A stretch of 62,937 nt of DNA, filler included, from Choristocarpus tenellus KU-1152 (lineage: Eukaryota; Protista; Phaeophyceae), in NCBI GenBank assembly GCA_964200185.2. It is 14 parts of 14 records of this genome, joined end to end, with 100 filler letters (N's around TTAATTAATTAA, not from the genome) between each part and the next. Parts side by side here need not be neighbours in the genome. Positions count along the whole stretch, not along the records: positions 10,455 to 24,931 come from CAXNAD020001178.1; positions 25,032 to 27,656 come from CAXNAD020026171.1; 12 more parts are not named here. The stretch is one strand, 5' to 3'. The position numbers were made by a program, and so were the translations under genes. Every line of letters starts with the position of its first letter. Position 1 is the stretch's first letter. Positions 11,187-25,332 of the stretch are shown piece by piece. The notes below the pieces were generated by a model. The model made no database searches. It worked only from the letters and a program-made list of their open reading frames with translations, and was not told the DNA's origin.

Positions 11187-14100
11187 TCATGAGTGGAACG
11201 CATGAAGCTGCTTGAAGTCTGTCTCTAGGACACCCTGCACACGGTAGGCCTCTTCTGTACCACGGATTGCTCCCATTCCTTCTAGGATGGGAGTTCCATC
11301 CTCGCCAACGTTCGCAACAGTAGTCTCACCCAAAATGCCTTTCGGGAGAAGTCCAAAGTCCGCGTGCACAAACCCTAGATTCATCTGGTATGTAAGGTGA
11401 TCTGGGAGGTCGAAACGTCCTGAAGGATCTGGCATTGCTACCTGGTGAAGCTTGCCATGGTTTAAGCGCAGTGTCAAAGTTGGAGTAACAATTTGGAACA
11501 ACACGTGTTCTGACTGGTGATCGAACAGTGTGCCTTCCTGTACAGCATTTTCGACGTATACCTTGCACTCAACAGGATTGGTTTTGGCCACATCACTGAG
11601 AATCCACTCATCCATGTCCATGACAAACTGTACTCTTCGGCTGGACGCCCGACTCTCAGTTTTGAGCGCTGCCTCCAGTATCTTGCTCTGCCAATACCTT
11701 TCAAACCCAAACGGTCTACACTCCCCAGGAAGATTTGCCGCAGAAACGTGTACACCCATGCCTACAGGGTACTTACCAGGAGCTGTCACTTCCACGCTGT
11801 TCAGATGAACAGTAACAGCACCATCAGCCAGGCAAGATATCTCGTCAGAAGAGCACGAGGATTCCATGCTGTCCGTGTCCTTAACCATGATTTCAATTGT
11901 GTGAATATTACCCTCCAAGTCAGGGGTACGAATGCCTACTCCTGTGATGTATGTGACGATTGGAAGACCTGGTAATGGGGCAGTCACACGCATGTTGATT
12001 GTAACCTCTCCGTCAGAAACCAGGTTGTACCAACCACCACTCTCACCAGTAAAATCGAAGTGCTGACCTGAAAATCCAATCAGATGTGGATCACCTGTCG
12101 CACCTGTATCAATTCATATATTCACAATAGTAGCCAGTAAGTATGTAATATCATTTTGAGATTAGGAGCTGACATGGGATTTTGCGAGCTTAAGAAGAAC
12201 CTTCAAAGCGGCAAAATTACAAGGCTTACATAGAAGGAAATGTACTCCGCCTTCAGAGAAGAATTTCGTGGTCAGTGGTGATACAAAAAAAAGTATGATT
12301 TTTCCGACTCTTTTCATAGGTATTTCTCTGTTGCGCTATCTATAGGCGTTAGGAAGGTTTAGGGTTAGGTAACAAACGTTTTGGTACACAAGTTGAGAGA
12401 GTATCGCCGTATACGTTTAGGAGTTCACATACTTTTTGAACTCCAATCAAGACTTACATGCTAGACATAAATTCGACTCACTGTACACCAACACATGTCT
12501 TACCACTCTGGCAAGTGCCGGCAGTGCAATCTCCTTCACAACATTTCACCGTTGAGTCACATGCCTCGTTAAGCTCCGGACATGATCTGAAGTTGGCAAT
12601 AATTCCCTGCAGTGTTTTCACCGTCACAGAAAAGACAATTGAGCGCAGTCAGATTCTATAATATTCAGGAATAGTTTTAAACAAAGTAGTCCCTAACATC
12701 AAATAAATGCTTGTGCTTACCATGGAATCACGGATTTGCTGGGCATTGTTTGCTGTTGAGCTTCCTAACACCCTGCCGTCAGTCCAACTGACTCCTGGAT
12801 TAGAGAAGTAGTTTATTCTCGTTGCACCAGAACCACACCCACTATTGTAGGACATAACTGTACGAATACTTAATGGATAAGATCAACAAAAAGGAGCAAG
12901 AGGATCAGTACGGATGTGGAGAAGTACAGATTGTCCAGAAGAGATGTTACGCTCAATTCACAGACCAACACAAGACATTCGCACAATGACACTTAAACAG
13001 CCTCCGCTCAATACAAGATATCAAAGATTTGCGCATAATACAAAATGTCATACCTTCCACCACAGACCAAGACGGTTAATACAAGGTTCTCAAGAAGCTA
13101 AAAGAGGGGGTAAATTAAATATGAAACTCGACGGTATCTTCAACTTCCTCATCTTCTCGAAAAGAATTTGCACTGCATTTTCCTCACAACTATCCATTTT
13201 ACGATACAGACCATAAACAACAATAACCCCATTTTCTTTTCCAATTTATGTTTAATGAAATATCACAAGAAGATATTTGATTCCTGTTCTATGAGAGTCA
13301 TGAAATAGTTTAACGTTACAACGAAACTACCAAAAATCTTATAGTGTGGACTGTTGCTATCGGCCTCGTCAAGTTGATAAAAATTCTTCCCACATTTCTT
13401 GCTGTCAATACGTCAAACCTGACCTGATCTTTAAAGTAATTGGGAGATAATAGGAACTCACTTGTTCGAATCATCGCAGTACCGGAAACCGTATGCATAG
13501 GGATGAGTCTGAGCACCCGAATTGGTGAAGTCGTGGTAGCACCCCAAGTTGTGTCCGATCTCATGTGTGTGACTCAGGTTATCCAAGCAGTCGACATCAA
13601 CCACAGACGTTCCGAAATTAAGATGTCCAGAGGTCACTGGATTCAACACATATCTAAAAACGAAAGATGAATGATTCATGACAATGATTAGTCTTGATCT
13701 TTCAAGTTAGCGATTAGTAAATCTTCTTCAGAACACATTGTACATCACAAAAAACAAAAGCATAGGATTACTGTAAAATGTTAGAACAATTTATTCTTTA
13801 ATCAGCACATTGTCAAGCCAACAATAATGATGCCAAGATTATAGTGCGTACGCTGACATTGACCTCATTTAGGTAGGTCACTTGACATCGTTATGTTGTA
13901 AATACTTGGCGCAAGTCGAAAATACCAACAATCTACTGGGGCTTGAGATATCATTTTTCTTCGTGAATTAGAAACAGTAGTTCAGGAAAATTCATTTGGT
14001 ACATTTGCCAATTAATTTACATGGACAATTTAGAAGCGTTTATTAAATTGATACAAATACATAATTGTAAGGATTGTGCACCCAGAAACCTTTAAGATAT

Positions 14101-17100
14101 CTTTACTTACCCTCTACCGCAGGAAGCAGAGAGTTGTGTGATAAGCTGCACAAGATCAGCGCTGCATTCATCTCGCAAACTGTGAGCATCATTAACCAAT
14201 CCATTAGTCAGATCCGTGAGAATGTCTGAACTTGTTTTTGAAGCCTCTGAATAGCTAGTCTTTTCATGCAGATTTAGCCAGGCAGTATGTGCAGCAAAGG
14301 GTGGATGTAGCTGGAGGTCAGATACTGAAGTATTTAATAATGCTTTACAAGACAATATTTTTAGTTTGAATGGGACTTGTTGTCAGCCACCGAAACGGTC
14401 GAAAAAAGACTTATCAGATTAGCCTGAGCCTAATGTTTTATAGAACGGTAATATTCAGAACGAGCTCACCACAATGTAATACCGATCCGATTGACCTCTA
14501 TCAGGAAACTGAAAAAGATAACAATGATGATAATGTCTCAATGGTGGTAGATGTACAAATATCATACTGAAAAAACCATCTGTACTTTGAAGATGTGCAT
14601 TGCCTTTTTAGTGTTCAGTACCTGTGGATAAGCCCGGAAACGGAACACAATGCCCAGCTTCATGAACGCTCCGTTTCAAATCGAACAGTACATGCTGGAC
14701 TATCACTAGTTTCTTTACTAGACTGAGGATGTACAATAATACTTGAGCAAAGTAATCTAGATATGAATGTTCGTAGATGGTGCTGCTTGTACACTATAGA
14801 CACAATCGGTGGAGTTCAATAGCAAATGCCGACACCACTGGTGGAGCAATGAAGGAAAGATAGAGCCAGAAATATCTTTCCGTATATCTCAGTTGACTTC
14901 AAAACGTTCTTTAATGTATGGTAGGCACTGATATTGGATCATTAGCTAATCTGTGATATGTGGAACGTATGATAAGTAAATTGAATTCTTTTCCGACTAT
15001 CCATGTGGACGTTGCAAATCCTACATGGTACATTGTACTACTCTTGCCCACGTTCTCAGTCAGCAGAAACAAGACCACAAGACCCTTGTAATACTAACTT
15101 TGTTCATCCATATGAAGCTTTTCTTGGTTCTTCTTTAAAGCCCCATAAAAGCCATGTGTCCAGTCTTTGGCCATTTTGCAATGTAAGCCTTATTTTCATC
15201 GTTTCCACTCCACCTATGTATATGTCTGAAATTATATGCTTGCCTTCAGTGTATTGATCTCTCTATTTAATATTCTCAACACAATTCAGAAAATATCCTG
15301 AACGCCTTTAAAAGCCGAATTATGCACGTATTTGTCAGGTTCCTTTAAATGCAACTCTGGGAACATTTCTTTTACTTTCACTCACTCTCCAAAATAGTAG
15401 TCCCATCGTTTACCAGCAGTCTCCACGTCTTACTCACCTCTGCTACTCGTACAACATTGATCTCAAGATCAACATTAGAATTTGCAAAGGCGGTGTTGGT
15501 TCCTCCATAAGCTGTGGTAATCTCAGTTTCCAACTGGGATGCTGTCGAACCACTGTATGCACTGCTAGTGTAGAGGAGGACGACGTCGATCTTCAAGCAG
15601 AATCAGACGGAAATTTGAGGACGGTGTAAGTATATCTTGAAGGTCTTTTCAAGACTTCCACACAAAAAATAAAAACAAATACAAATCGTCGTATGTACCC
15701 CTAGAACAATGTTTTCATACTGATTAGCAAATTAGGGGCATTTAAATGAGAAAATAATGTTCAATCTATTGTTCAAGAGGAAATACTACTGGCGGCAATG
15801 GTAGATATACCTATATCAGAAAACTACAAATGTACTCAAGGTAAGCAGCATCGATAAAACTTCAAATCAATAAAGTGCATGCATATGAGAATTTCAAAAC
15901 TCTTGCCTGTGTCCCAGCTTCAAGTTTCCGACTGCTTGGCATAACGTATCGATTCTTGGAATGTCTCCTCAAACCCATCTTGTGAAACTCTTCTTTTTTC
16001 TCCTCACTTGCAGACAAATATTTCTTTCAAAAACAAATACGGCAATGGGAGGGTTACTCACATTTACTAACTGGTAAGATATGGCAATCTACTGTTATGT
16101 TGCTGCTGATCAAGAATATCTGCAATAGTACTATTACAGTTGGCTTCACAAGCTCAACGTGTTCATGAATGAGAATACTTTCATTCCAATTCGGCATATC
16201 TTGTCAAATTTTCACTGCACATATTGATAAAGTATCCAGGAGGGTGGGAGTCTACGTCATGTCGTCCATTTAGTCCGACATCAGGAAAAGTGTATATTGA
16301 CTTCAATTTAGCTTGCTGTTCCTCAAAGTTATTGCCATACCAAGTACCTGATTATATAATCTATGAAGTCACAGCTTACACACCAAATCATGTTAACATA
16401 AAGTGCATCTCATCGCGTACAGTACGCACTTAGCCTTAAGCACCCATCTCCACATTTCAGTCCTTTATCAGTCATGTATACAAACTAATTTACAAGATTC
16501 GATGAAGTTTGATGTTGATCTTTTTGTTGCATTCCTTAAAACCGGTGAAAACCTGCAGATCAAGTCATGGAAAGATATGTTGCACTTTCCCGTTAAAGAA
16601 ATACACACGATCCTGTTGTCCACATTGTGATTATATTCTCAACGCAGAAGTAACACAATTACAACCTTACCTTTAGCATGCTGATATCTTTATCCTTGTC
16701 AGCTAAGTCAGGATTGTTCTCTCCTTCCTCTCTTGCATGTTCTGCTGCTTCCTCACTAAGTCTACGTATTTCATTCAGTTTTTACTCGCGGGAAGCGGCT
16801 CGAAGGTGGCTTTGTCGAAGGTTCCCTTCTGGAACGAGCAATGGAGGTCCAAGATCCTCAACCCCATCCTCGATTAGTATCTTGTTTTAAGAGATTTGCA
16901 GCGCGTATGGTCAGCTAGGAACATGTGCTCAATTAACTACAAGAAACACGAAACACCACAAATTGCACTGATATTCTCTTCAACATGAAACAATATTTAC
17001 TTCACCTTCACAATGCAGAGGTCATTGTTACTTCCAGCTGGACAAGGCTTGGACTTGATAACTGTAGTTGGCCCATCCGCATGAAATGTGACCATTTTGA

Positions 17101-19241
17101 GGAGGAAATCCTGCAAACCGTCAGAAGGAACACAAGCAATAGAAATATGCCAGATGTAGGCAGGCGCACAGATATGCGTTGTTGAGAATACCAAAACTAA
17201 TTTGGAGCCATCAAATCTGCTGCATAACCGACTATGGAAGGTGAGGTTTCCGTCACTACCCTGGAGAATTCATGTACCCTCGTCTGTATCTTCTTTTTCC
17301 TTGGGTTACACGTCTTGGTAGTCACACCTTACATATGAATATAGTACAGATGGCAACAGCTGAGGAATCAGAAAATATTTTGTTACTTTACCTCCACGGT
17401 GCAGTCATCAGTCCAGGTCATGGAAATAGTTGAAGATGGAGCACTGACTTCACCTGTTGCATCCAAAACATTGCCTATCCACATCTGGAATTTGGTACAT
17501 ACAAAAGTAATTAAGATTGGTTGACGATTCATGTAACCCGAGAATTGCTCATTATCCTAATAATCAGTTTTAGCCTGCGCCTATAGATGTCTCCAAATGT
17601 ACTTCTGACCAGGATATTCTCTTGATTCCTCATGTTGAGAGCATATACATGTTGTGAAGATAGATCTACCTATTGGCATAGGAGATACTTAACATAGACA
17701 CCTACCTAAAACATTTTTCGCCTCAAACCTTTTTGTATTCGTGGTAGAAATCCTTACTCAATCTCTCACCTTCCGGGCTTTGCCATCTGAAAATACCTCA
17801 CCCTCCTTTACAGTGAAGTATGCTAATGAGGCTAGCACAATCTGTTGCGATTGCGTGAGGAAGTCAAGAATGAGAAAAGAGTCCTTATAGAGTCACAGCT
17901 GACTAAACTCATGCCCTATGCAATTGTCATTGTACTTCAAATACGTGATTTCATTTCGCGTCAGGGTACGGTTTACCTACTTTGAATATCTGAGACATGA
18001 AAATTGAGAAACTGTGTTATGACACACGTGCTAACTTTTCAGTCATGATAAAAAGTGAAGTTGATAAGTTGCAACGGTAAATCCCTCTAGTATGGTGGAA
18101 TGATCTATCATCATTTACAAGGTGCGATGTAATAAGGTAGAGGATTTAGTCTTTTATACAAAAGATAAAAACAGTGTCGGCAGGTCATGCTCAACATTGG
18201 CTTACCTCTGTGCTACTGATAGCAAAACTGAGCTGTTCGGCATTCTCTGCGACACCAAGAGTGTCACAGTCCAATTTCCCAAGTCCTATGCTGGTCACTT
18301 CCAGTTCCAAATATGTTAAAAGTGAAGCAAAAAACGGAGTTGAGATTAAGTATCTTAGAGGGTAGAGCTGCACCCATGTTGGCTTCATAATCCGATGTTG
18401 CGTATTTGATTTAATACTGGCTATCGATTTTGTTACGAAGTTTGAATATTCTTGTTGCGGACACTCTTCTTCATGACATACACATTTTACCTACTCCGAA
18501 ACTATTTTGGTTCAGGGAAATGTCACAAAAAACCGGTTGAATATTCTTGTTGCGGACACTCTTCTTCATGACATACACATTTTACCTACTCCGAAACTAT
18601 TTTGGTTCAGGGAAATGTCACAAAAAACCGGTTTGAAGCCAATCCTAAAACGGGCAAACAGGGCGAAACTCTTAACCTCGAAGATACTTTCACTCAGTGT
18701 TGGGTGGACTAATTAGGATGCAGAATGACAGGCACCATCACTTTTATTATTTAACAAAAAAATTGTTTTAAGTTCCAATTGGACGGGTTGTGATGGTCCT
18801 TACAATTTTCTCTCAAGCATTCATCATGGTGTGAACTTTAAGGTTGATGAGCTTGTCTGTTTAACACGAAATTCGAGAGACCATTGGGCATTATCGACAG
18901 CACCGTCATAGCAACTATGAAACTAAGAAAAAGATACCTTGCTCATATTTTTCCACCACCTTGTCTTCCACACTGAGACACCTATAGACCTTCCGGCAAC
19001 CTATCAGAATGAGTCGTCCACTACCACGTACAGACATTTGTTTCTAACCATTTCTTGCTTTTCAAATACCTGTACCTTGTCCAATCTTCTTCATGCTGGA
19101 TCTTATGTCGCTAGTGACAGAATCTTCTAAAAGAGGCTCCACATGGGCGAATCCTGTAGAAGGTATTCCATTCACATTCTTCGATGCACCAAGCACGGCT
19201 GCTGTGACCACCCAGAAGACAAGATTCAGACAAAATTTCAT
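11187..19241 (-). CDS. Secreted metzincin (M12/reprolysin-like) metalloprotease with Cys-rich linker and C-terminal GDPH-motif domain; about 13 exons; one in-frame TAA (possible pseudogene)
   Basis: Signal peptide MKFCLNLVFWVVTAAVLG (19241). IDVVLLYT (15590-15438). LRDECSADLVQL..CGRG (about 14260-14110). Zinc motif HEIGHNLGCYHD (exon 13653-13462). Met-turn RTVMSY...YFSNP (about 12869-12721). Last exon 12103-11187 starts GATGDPHLIGFSGQHFDFTG. TAA at 16784-16782. Confidence 0.9.
18342..18695 (-). mobile_element. MITE family A, full copy with an internal tandem duplication of about 96 bp, in intron 1 of the protease
   Basis: Ends GAGATTAAGTATCTTAGAGGG ... CCTCGAAGATACTTTCACTC. About 18442-18537 is repeated at about 18537-18632. 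Flanks AGTT/AGTG. Confidence 0.85.
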
Positions 19242-21035
19242 TGCCAATCCGCCCTTCCTCGCCTTGCGTCCTCTGATTATGTCTGTTGTTGCAGAGGATA
19301 GGCAATGATACGTACTAAACGTCATATTAAATGGAGAGACAGCTGTTGGCATCGACACATTCCAACAGCACCTAACAGTGTAGTTCAGAGAAAAACTGAT
19401 CCCTATAATGTAATACTTACAATATACACTGGAAAGTGTAGGTGAGGGGAATCTTACCTTCGAGAACGATCAAGACACGGCAAATGTGGAGCACTGATCG
19501 ACTATCGTTTACTCCTCCAGCACTGACTATTACCTCAGTGGTTGAAATCTCAAAAACACGCGTTATCATTCAAGCCGGCAATGTCGTCAAAGGTCACCAA
19601 CTGTTAGCGGTGTGCAAGCAAATTCTTTACAAAATTAGACCTTGAAGACTTTCCTAACGAATATCTGTTCCATAAAGCACTATCGCAACAAAGAGAAGGC
19701 CTAGAACAATGTTTGAATTTCATCCGATCGTGTTCACCATATTCTCGAGTTTGTTGCAAACTTTCCTCCTGTATTTCATACCTTCACATCCCAATCGGGC
19801 TTGCAATTGACGCAGTCACATCTGAGACACTCACTAGCGTTAGTTCGCGAAAATAATACGCATCGACTATCAATAACTAGTGAAATGGAGTTCAGGCCAG
19901 GCAAGGACTTCACAACAGGGCTATTTCCACCTCCCCACGAGATCAGTTCCATGATGCGATCATTATCTATTTGTCTAGTAGTTTAAGAGTATACACACAC
20001 GTTCTTTGTTCCACGGTTAGATGCAAGAGGTGTTCGGGCGATATTGACCAGTTACCAAATTATAGATGGTGTACTTCACGAAAAAATAACATTAAACAGG
20101 TTTCATAGGTACATAGGACAGAAAATGGAGGAAGAAACTCCTTACCTTTTTCAATACACACCTTTCCTCCCCGGACGATATGTAGACACTACTTGTACCT
20201 GACTATGTCACAGTGATAGATGTGTTAGTAATCAGTTCTGAAACATCATTTTGGTTGGGGGGGATTGTCAATTGAAATATGCACCTGCATTGTAATAAAC
20301 TAAGAATCCTAAATTATTTCTTTACTTTAGAACAACTTGAGAGAATAATGATGAGGAACCATATTCAATTACATTTCGGAATTGTTCAATATATACTGGA
20401 AAATAATCGTCACGTACTCTAGTGGCGCGCAGCCCTCCAAGTCAATACGTTCGTAAAATATGAATCCTAAAATTTGTTTTTGGTGTCACAATATCATCCC
20501 GATTCCCAAAAATGTAGTAAGAAATATTTTCATTTGGAAAAGAAACTTCAGAATCCCAAGGTTTTGTTTTTCGAATATATTCCTAATTGCAAACAATAAA
20601 GGAAGACATAAATATTTTGAAACATTTGGAACAGAACTACGAAAGATTTGCTTTTAGAGATAGGTAATCAAATAAATGGGAGAAATGTATTAAGCAGGTG
20701 TGTCATGGTTGGGTTCTTTCGCTCTCTCTGCCATCAAATCTTAAGAGAAGTTTTACAGCTCCACTAGATGACGTCACACCTTGGTGATCATTACTGGTAA
20801 GAAGTCTGAGAGTTCTCAAGAGTAATTTGTGTTTGATGTTGTTGGGAACGTCACCAATGACAAAGAAATGTGCGCGCAATGCACTTGTGTGTGCGCGCGG
20901 ATGTGTATTTGGACTGAGATCAGCTCCCAAAGGGACATGTCCTTCACATCACTCCCCCCCCAGTGTGAGCTATGTCTGCACACGATAAAAAAGGTATCAG
21001 ACAGTCCCGTGGGAGAAAAGAAAGAGAATCATCTA

Positions 21036-21226
21036 GGTGTATCCCAAGAATGTTCTTGTAGCCAATTTGGAGGAGTTCTTGAAAGGTTGCCCTCAACAGG
21101 GTTGGAACCCCAAAGTGTGATCAAAAGAAAAACTATAAATCATTTGGGTATCCCATAAATGTTCATGTAGCCAATTTGGAGGAGTACCTTGAAAGGTTGT
21201 CCTCAACAGGGTTGGAACTCCAGAGT
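21036..21226 (+). repeat. Imperfect direct repeat of about 80 bp (period about 110)
   Basis: GTATCCC...GTAGCCAATTTGGAGGAGT...CCTCAACAGGGTTGGAAC at about 21036 and 21146. Confidence 0.85.
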
Positions 21227-23143
21227 TTGTCATGGGAAACATCTTATTATACCTTCAATTACCTAAGGGTTATGAAGATAACATCCCAGGAAATGTTGGT
21301 ATCAAAGTGCTTGGATCATTGTGTTGATCAAGCTACAATAATACCTCAGCTGGTGTAAATGTGAAATGGAAACCTATGATTCCCTGTTCTTCGTTGTGGG
21401 TTGCGCTAGGCCACAACAGATGTCTCAAGAGGGACTGCACTGAGGCGGAGGGTTTTCTTAAGAATTGGATCAGTGATTACCATTGTGGGTGGATCATTAC
21501 CTTGAATTAATACCTTGCGTCCCTGAAAGCAAACGGTTAAATATCCTGTCTTCGTCAGAAAAGGATTGTCCACTTCCATTCTGAGGAATCTGTATGCTGT
21601 CTAATCCATTTGATTTGAAAGTGAAGACTCGATTTCTCACCTTCAAGTATTATTGTTAGTAACCTTTATATCCGGAGTTCTGGAGTGATGAGGTCCAGTT
21701 TTCTTCCAGTTCCAATCTTTTGGACTATGTGGAGCAGAAACCGTATGCCTGCCTACGAGGAACACAGTCACCTCCCACTGGGTGAGCCCAAATCAAAATC
21801 TTATTTGCTTAATGGGCAAACCATTGAGAAGGCCGAGGGATCTCAACGATTTACTGTTTAAGATAGAGGATTCAAACCTATAAATAATAACCATCCCAAG
21901 TATTCACATCAATTACTCTTTTTGTGGGTATGGTGAAACAAGTTTTGGAGATGCAAAAAGAGATGCATGGGGATCTTCTTCCATTCGAAACTTGACAAGA
22001 AAAGGGATAAAGCCCTGACCACCCCATATGTGCGTGGACCCATCAAATTATCCATTTGAATGTGATTAAAAAATATGTGTGCACTTGTTAAGGAAAAACG
22101 TTAACAACTTAGCGGTTAAATCGTCCACGAGTTCGCCTTGAAAAAGGATACAAACCTTCATCTCTACTTCTCTTAGTGGAATCTGATGTTGTATCAGGTC
22201 GGCAACCCACTGTGTGAGTAGTAGATGTAGCCACAAGGATATCACTTTGAGGGTTTGAAGCAAGAGCATGTTGAATGTTCTCGACGACAATGGCGGCAAT
22301 TGATTGAGCAAGGTGTGTTTGTGAAGAGTGTGATGGTTCGTCGGCTATTGTGGCAGAGGGTGGTGGAGAACACTGAAACGACTCTGGCATCGGTATACCT
22401 TGGTCACACAGGAGGTTTTGAGGACTTTAGCGTCAGTACACTTTGGTCAGGAGAAACATCCAGATTGTGTTGTAAATCTATAGGCTTCAATCATCTCTGC
22501 ACACTGAGGAATTTCTTTTGCTTTCCGCCAGATATCACTAGCTGGAGCAAAACCTATAAATCTAAGACGGTATGAATAGTTATGTGGGGATTTCCGACAC
22601 ACTCCTGGTTTATCGTCTGCTATGCCCTCAACAAAGTATGACCCTAAAATTGGTTGAACGCTTGCACCTTGTTCAATATCTGGTTCAGGTAATATTCTGC
22701 CCAGAAATAAAGAATTGAGAGAGTTAATGTCTGGTTCAGGAGGGTGGCCCTCTTTGAGTGGTTTAAGTCATGCTATATGTACAGTGATTTCTCAATGGTT
22801 GGCTTGCGCCTTCACATGGTAGACTACCTGAGTTATTTGTTCGATTAGACTCTTCCCAACTCTATCGGACAGTTACGTGGACAGTTACAGAGTAACTGAA
22901 CAATCAATTAGTGGTTGAGTTATCAGAACCTTTTACTACTGATTAGTTGAAGGAGAATCTTTCTCATGTGAAAGGAAATATTTCTGATATTATGGGGACT
23001 TGCATGCTCCCCCACCTAAATTTAATCAATCACTCTACCGACACCAAGCAATCTCGCTGGGTTTATTAACTTTACCTTCTGTGATAACTTTGGGGATACT
23101 TTAACACAATATATTGAAACCTTAGGTTTTCACCCATCATTTC

Positions 23144-24931
23144 ATGTCTATACGAGGAGATGTGATTCAAGAATTACGGGAACCTGTTCCTTCCGAGGGC
23201 CCATCTGTCCAAGAATTCAGACAGCTTATGGCGTCGGTAGCGGAGTTGTCAAGAAATGTTGGCAATCTCATGGTTCAGTCTGAAAGAGTCGGCGACGGAG
23301 ATCATCCCGTCGTCCAGGCCGCTGTGCCCAGCACACGGCCTCCGGCTGGGGGCGTACCAGTCGAAGTGGGTCCTACTGAACCCATGTTGAGGGAAAATTT
23401 CCCAGAGAGGGGAAACATTTTGGATGCTGGGAGCATCAGAAGTGGTGCAAGCCGGAGGTCTGGTTCTTCAGAGAGCTTGGGGACAGGCGCACATATTGTT
23501 CGCCCTACAACGAAGAGATCGAGAACCCAACCACCGAAGCTATTGGACGACTCGGACTACCGGGACTGGCGGAGGCGTTTCATCGTTCATTGCCGATATA
23601 CTCACTGTTTGGATGCGTTGACAAGTGAAAGACCAGTCAATCAAGAACGCTCCTACGACGAGGAACTTCTCTCGAACGGCTTCAGTACGAATGATAGCTG
23701 GATGGCCGAAGAGGCCTACCATGCACTTACTGTTGCTCTCATTGCACCCACCACCAGGGCACTGTGCTATACGCACCAAAGCCCGAGCGAGCTATTCCGA
23801 GCAATAGATGATTGGTTCATGCCCAATACAGTGGGTAATGGCCAACATTTGTTCAGTGAGTTTTTCACTGCAAAGGTTGAGAAGGAGTTGAACCCGGTTC
23901 TGACTTTAAACCACCTGGAAGAGCTTCGGGGGAGGATGCTATCAATGGATCTGGTGATCTCGGACAAGCTGCTGCTCCTACAGTTCCTGAGTGATCTCGG
24001 ATCAGATTACGACACCGAAATACGCATGATGGCCTCGTAGAGAACACAATGTCGAGCAGACGTAGAGAAAACATGCTAGAGAGCGATATGCTTCCCTTCA
24101 TCAGGGCAAGCACTCAAGACAGAAGAACCGCCATGCTTTGGTCGTTAACAACTCATCGCAAGGGAAGAGTCAGTCTCATCGCAGCGGCCAAGGTCGCAGG
24201 GTCGAACGTAAATTTAATGGTGGAAGAAAGAAACGATGGTTCTAATTCCAACCCAAAACGTTCCGATAAGATTCCTTGTGAGAAATGCGGTAAGCATGGA
24301 CATGAAAAGACAGCTTGCCCTAACCGCGTTTGCACCAAGTGTGGTGGACGTGCCCATGATGCAACAACATGCAGTTCGATGTTCATCACTATGGTGCAGT
24401 CTGGGAAGGAAGAGATCAAGACTCAGGCGAATCCTTCCCACATTACTGTGAATAGTACCACCAGCTGTGGCGACGAGCGATACGCACTACTGGTCGCCAC
24501 TGGGGACTCTCTGAGCAGCAATGCTCCAGGAAAGCGTGGGGCAAACGAATGTTTGGTCTCAAGTGTTGGGGTTGGCCGCGAGAGGGAAGAATGGATTTTG
24601 GACAGTGCTGTTTCATGTCACATAACTAATATGATAACTCACAGGACAAATTATAAGCCTTGTGTTGGAAACCAAAGGGTAGTCACTGCTAGCCAAAATT
24701 CCTTTTGCATCGCCGGTCATGGTCATCTAACCATCTTGTTTCCTTCACGTGACAACAAGGAGGTAGAAATACTCCTTCAGAATGTCGCCCATCTCACTGA
24801 TCTAGGATTCAACCTTTTCTCTTGCCAAGCAGCAGCTGACAAGGGTGCAAAAGGCATTTTCACTGTCAGCACATTCTCGCTATTAGATGGAGTACTTAAC
24901 TTCACAAGAAATCCTGGTTGCCACTACACCC
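23144..24931 (+). mobile_element. Ty1/Copia gag-protease, interrupted near 24040 and truncated
   Basis: Gag PPKLLDDSDYRDWRRRF. Two CCHC knuckles (CEKCGKHGHEKTAC, CTKCGGRAHDATTC). Protease WILDSAVSCHI and NVAHLTDLGFNLFS. Confidence 0.92.
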
Positions 24932-25332
24932 NNNNNNNNNNNNNNNNNNNNNNNNNNNNNNNNNNNNNNNNNNNNTTAATTAATTAANNNNNNNNNNNNN
25001 NNNNNNNNNNNNNNNNNNNNNNNNNNNNNNNTCCGATAGTACTTCACCTCCCCACCCCCCACCCCCCGTATAAACCCCGAGAAAAGGCCAAAAGTGTTTG
25101 TCCCTGAGTGCAAAAGCACCATGAATGCTCCACAGACAGTGTTAACCTCCAACCTCAATCCTCGAAAAGGTGTGAAGCAGCGGGTAGCCTTGTAGCGTTA
25201 CCTTCCATGAGCTACCTTTTGATCAAACCCAATCAAGTTCAACCTACTCCATGCCCTCAAAATAAGCGAGACCCTACCCTGGCCTTGCCACGAACTGCCA
25301 CTGTCACCACACCATTGCTGCACCTCTTGCAG

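Noticed and set aside
16782-16784. TAA-to-Gln genetic code reassignment (the three complete 3' ends seen use TGA)
   Set aside because: The Gln-rich frame at 56198-57044 uses only CAA/CAG, and the long exons lack in-frame TAA/TAG.
21380-23100. Possible decayed element or LTR upstream of the Copia gag
   Set aside because: No PBS, LTR pair or protein motif could be identified.
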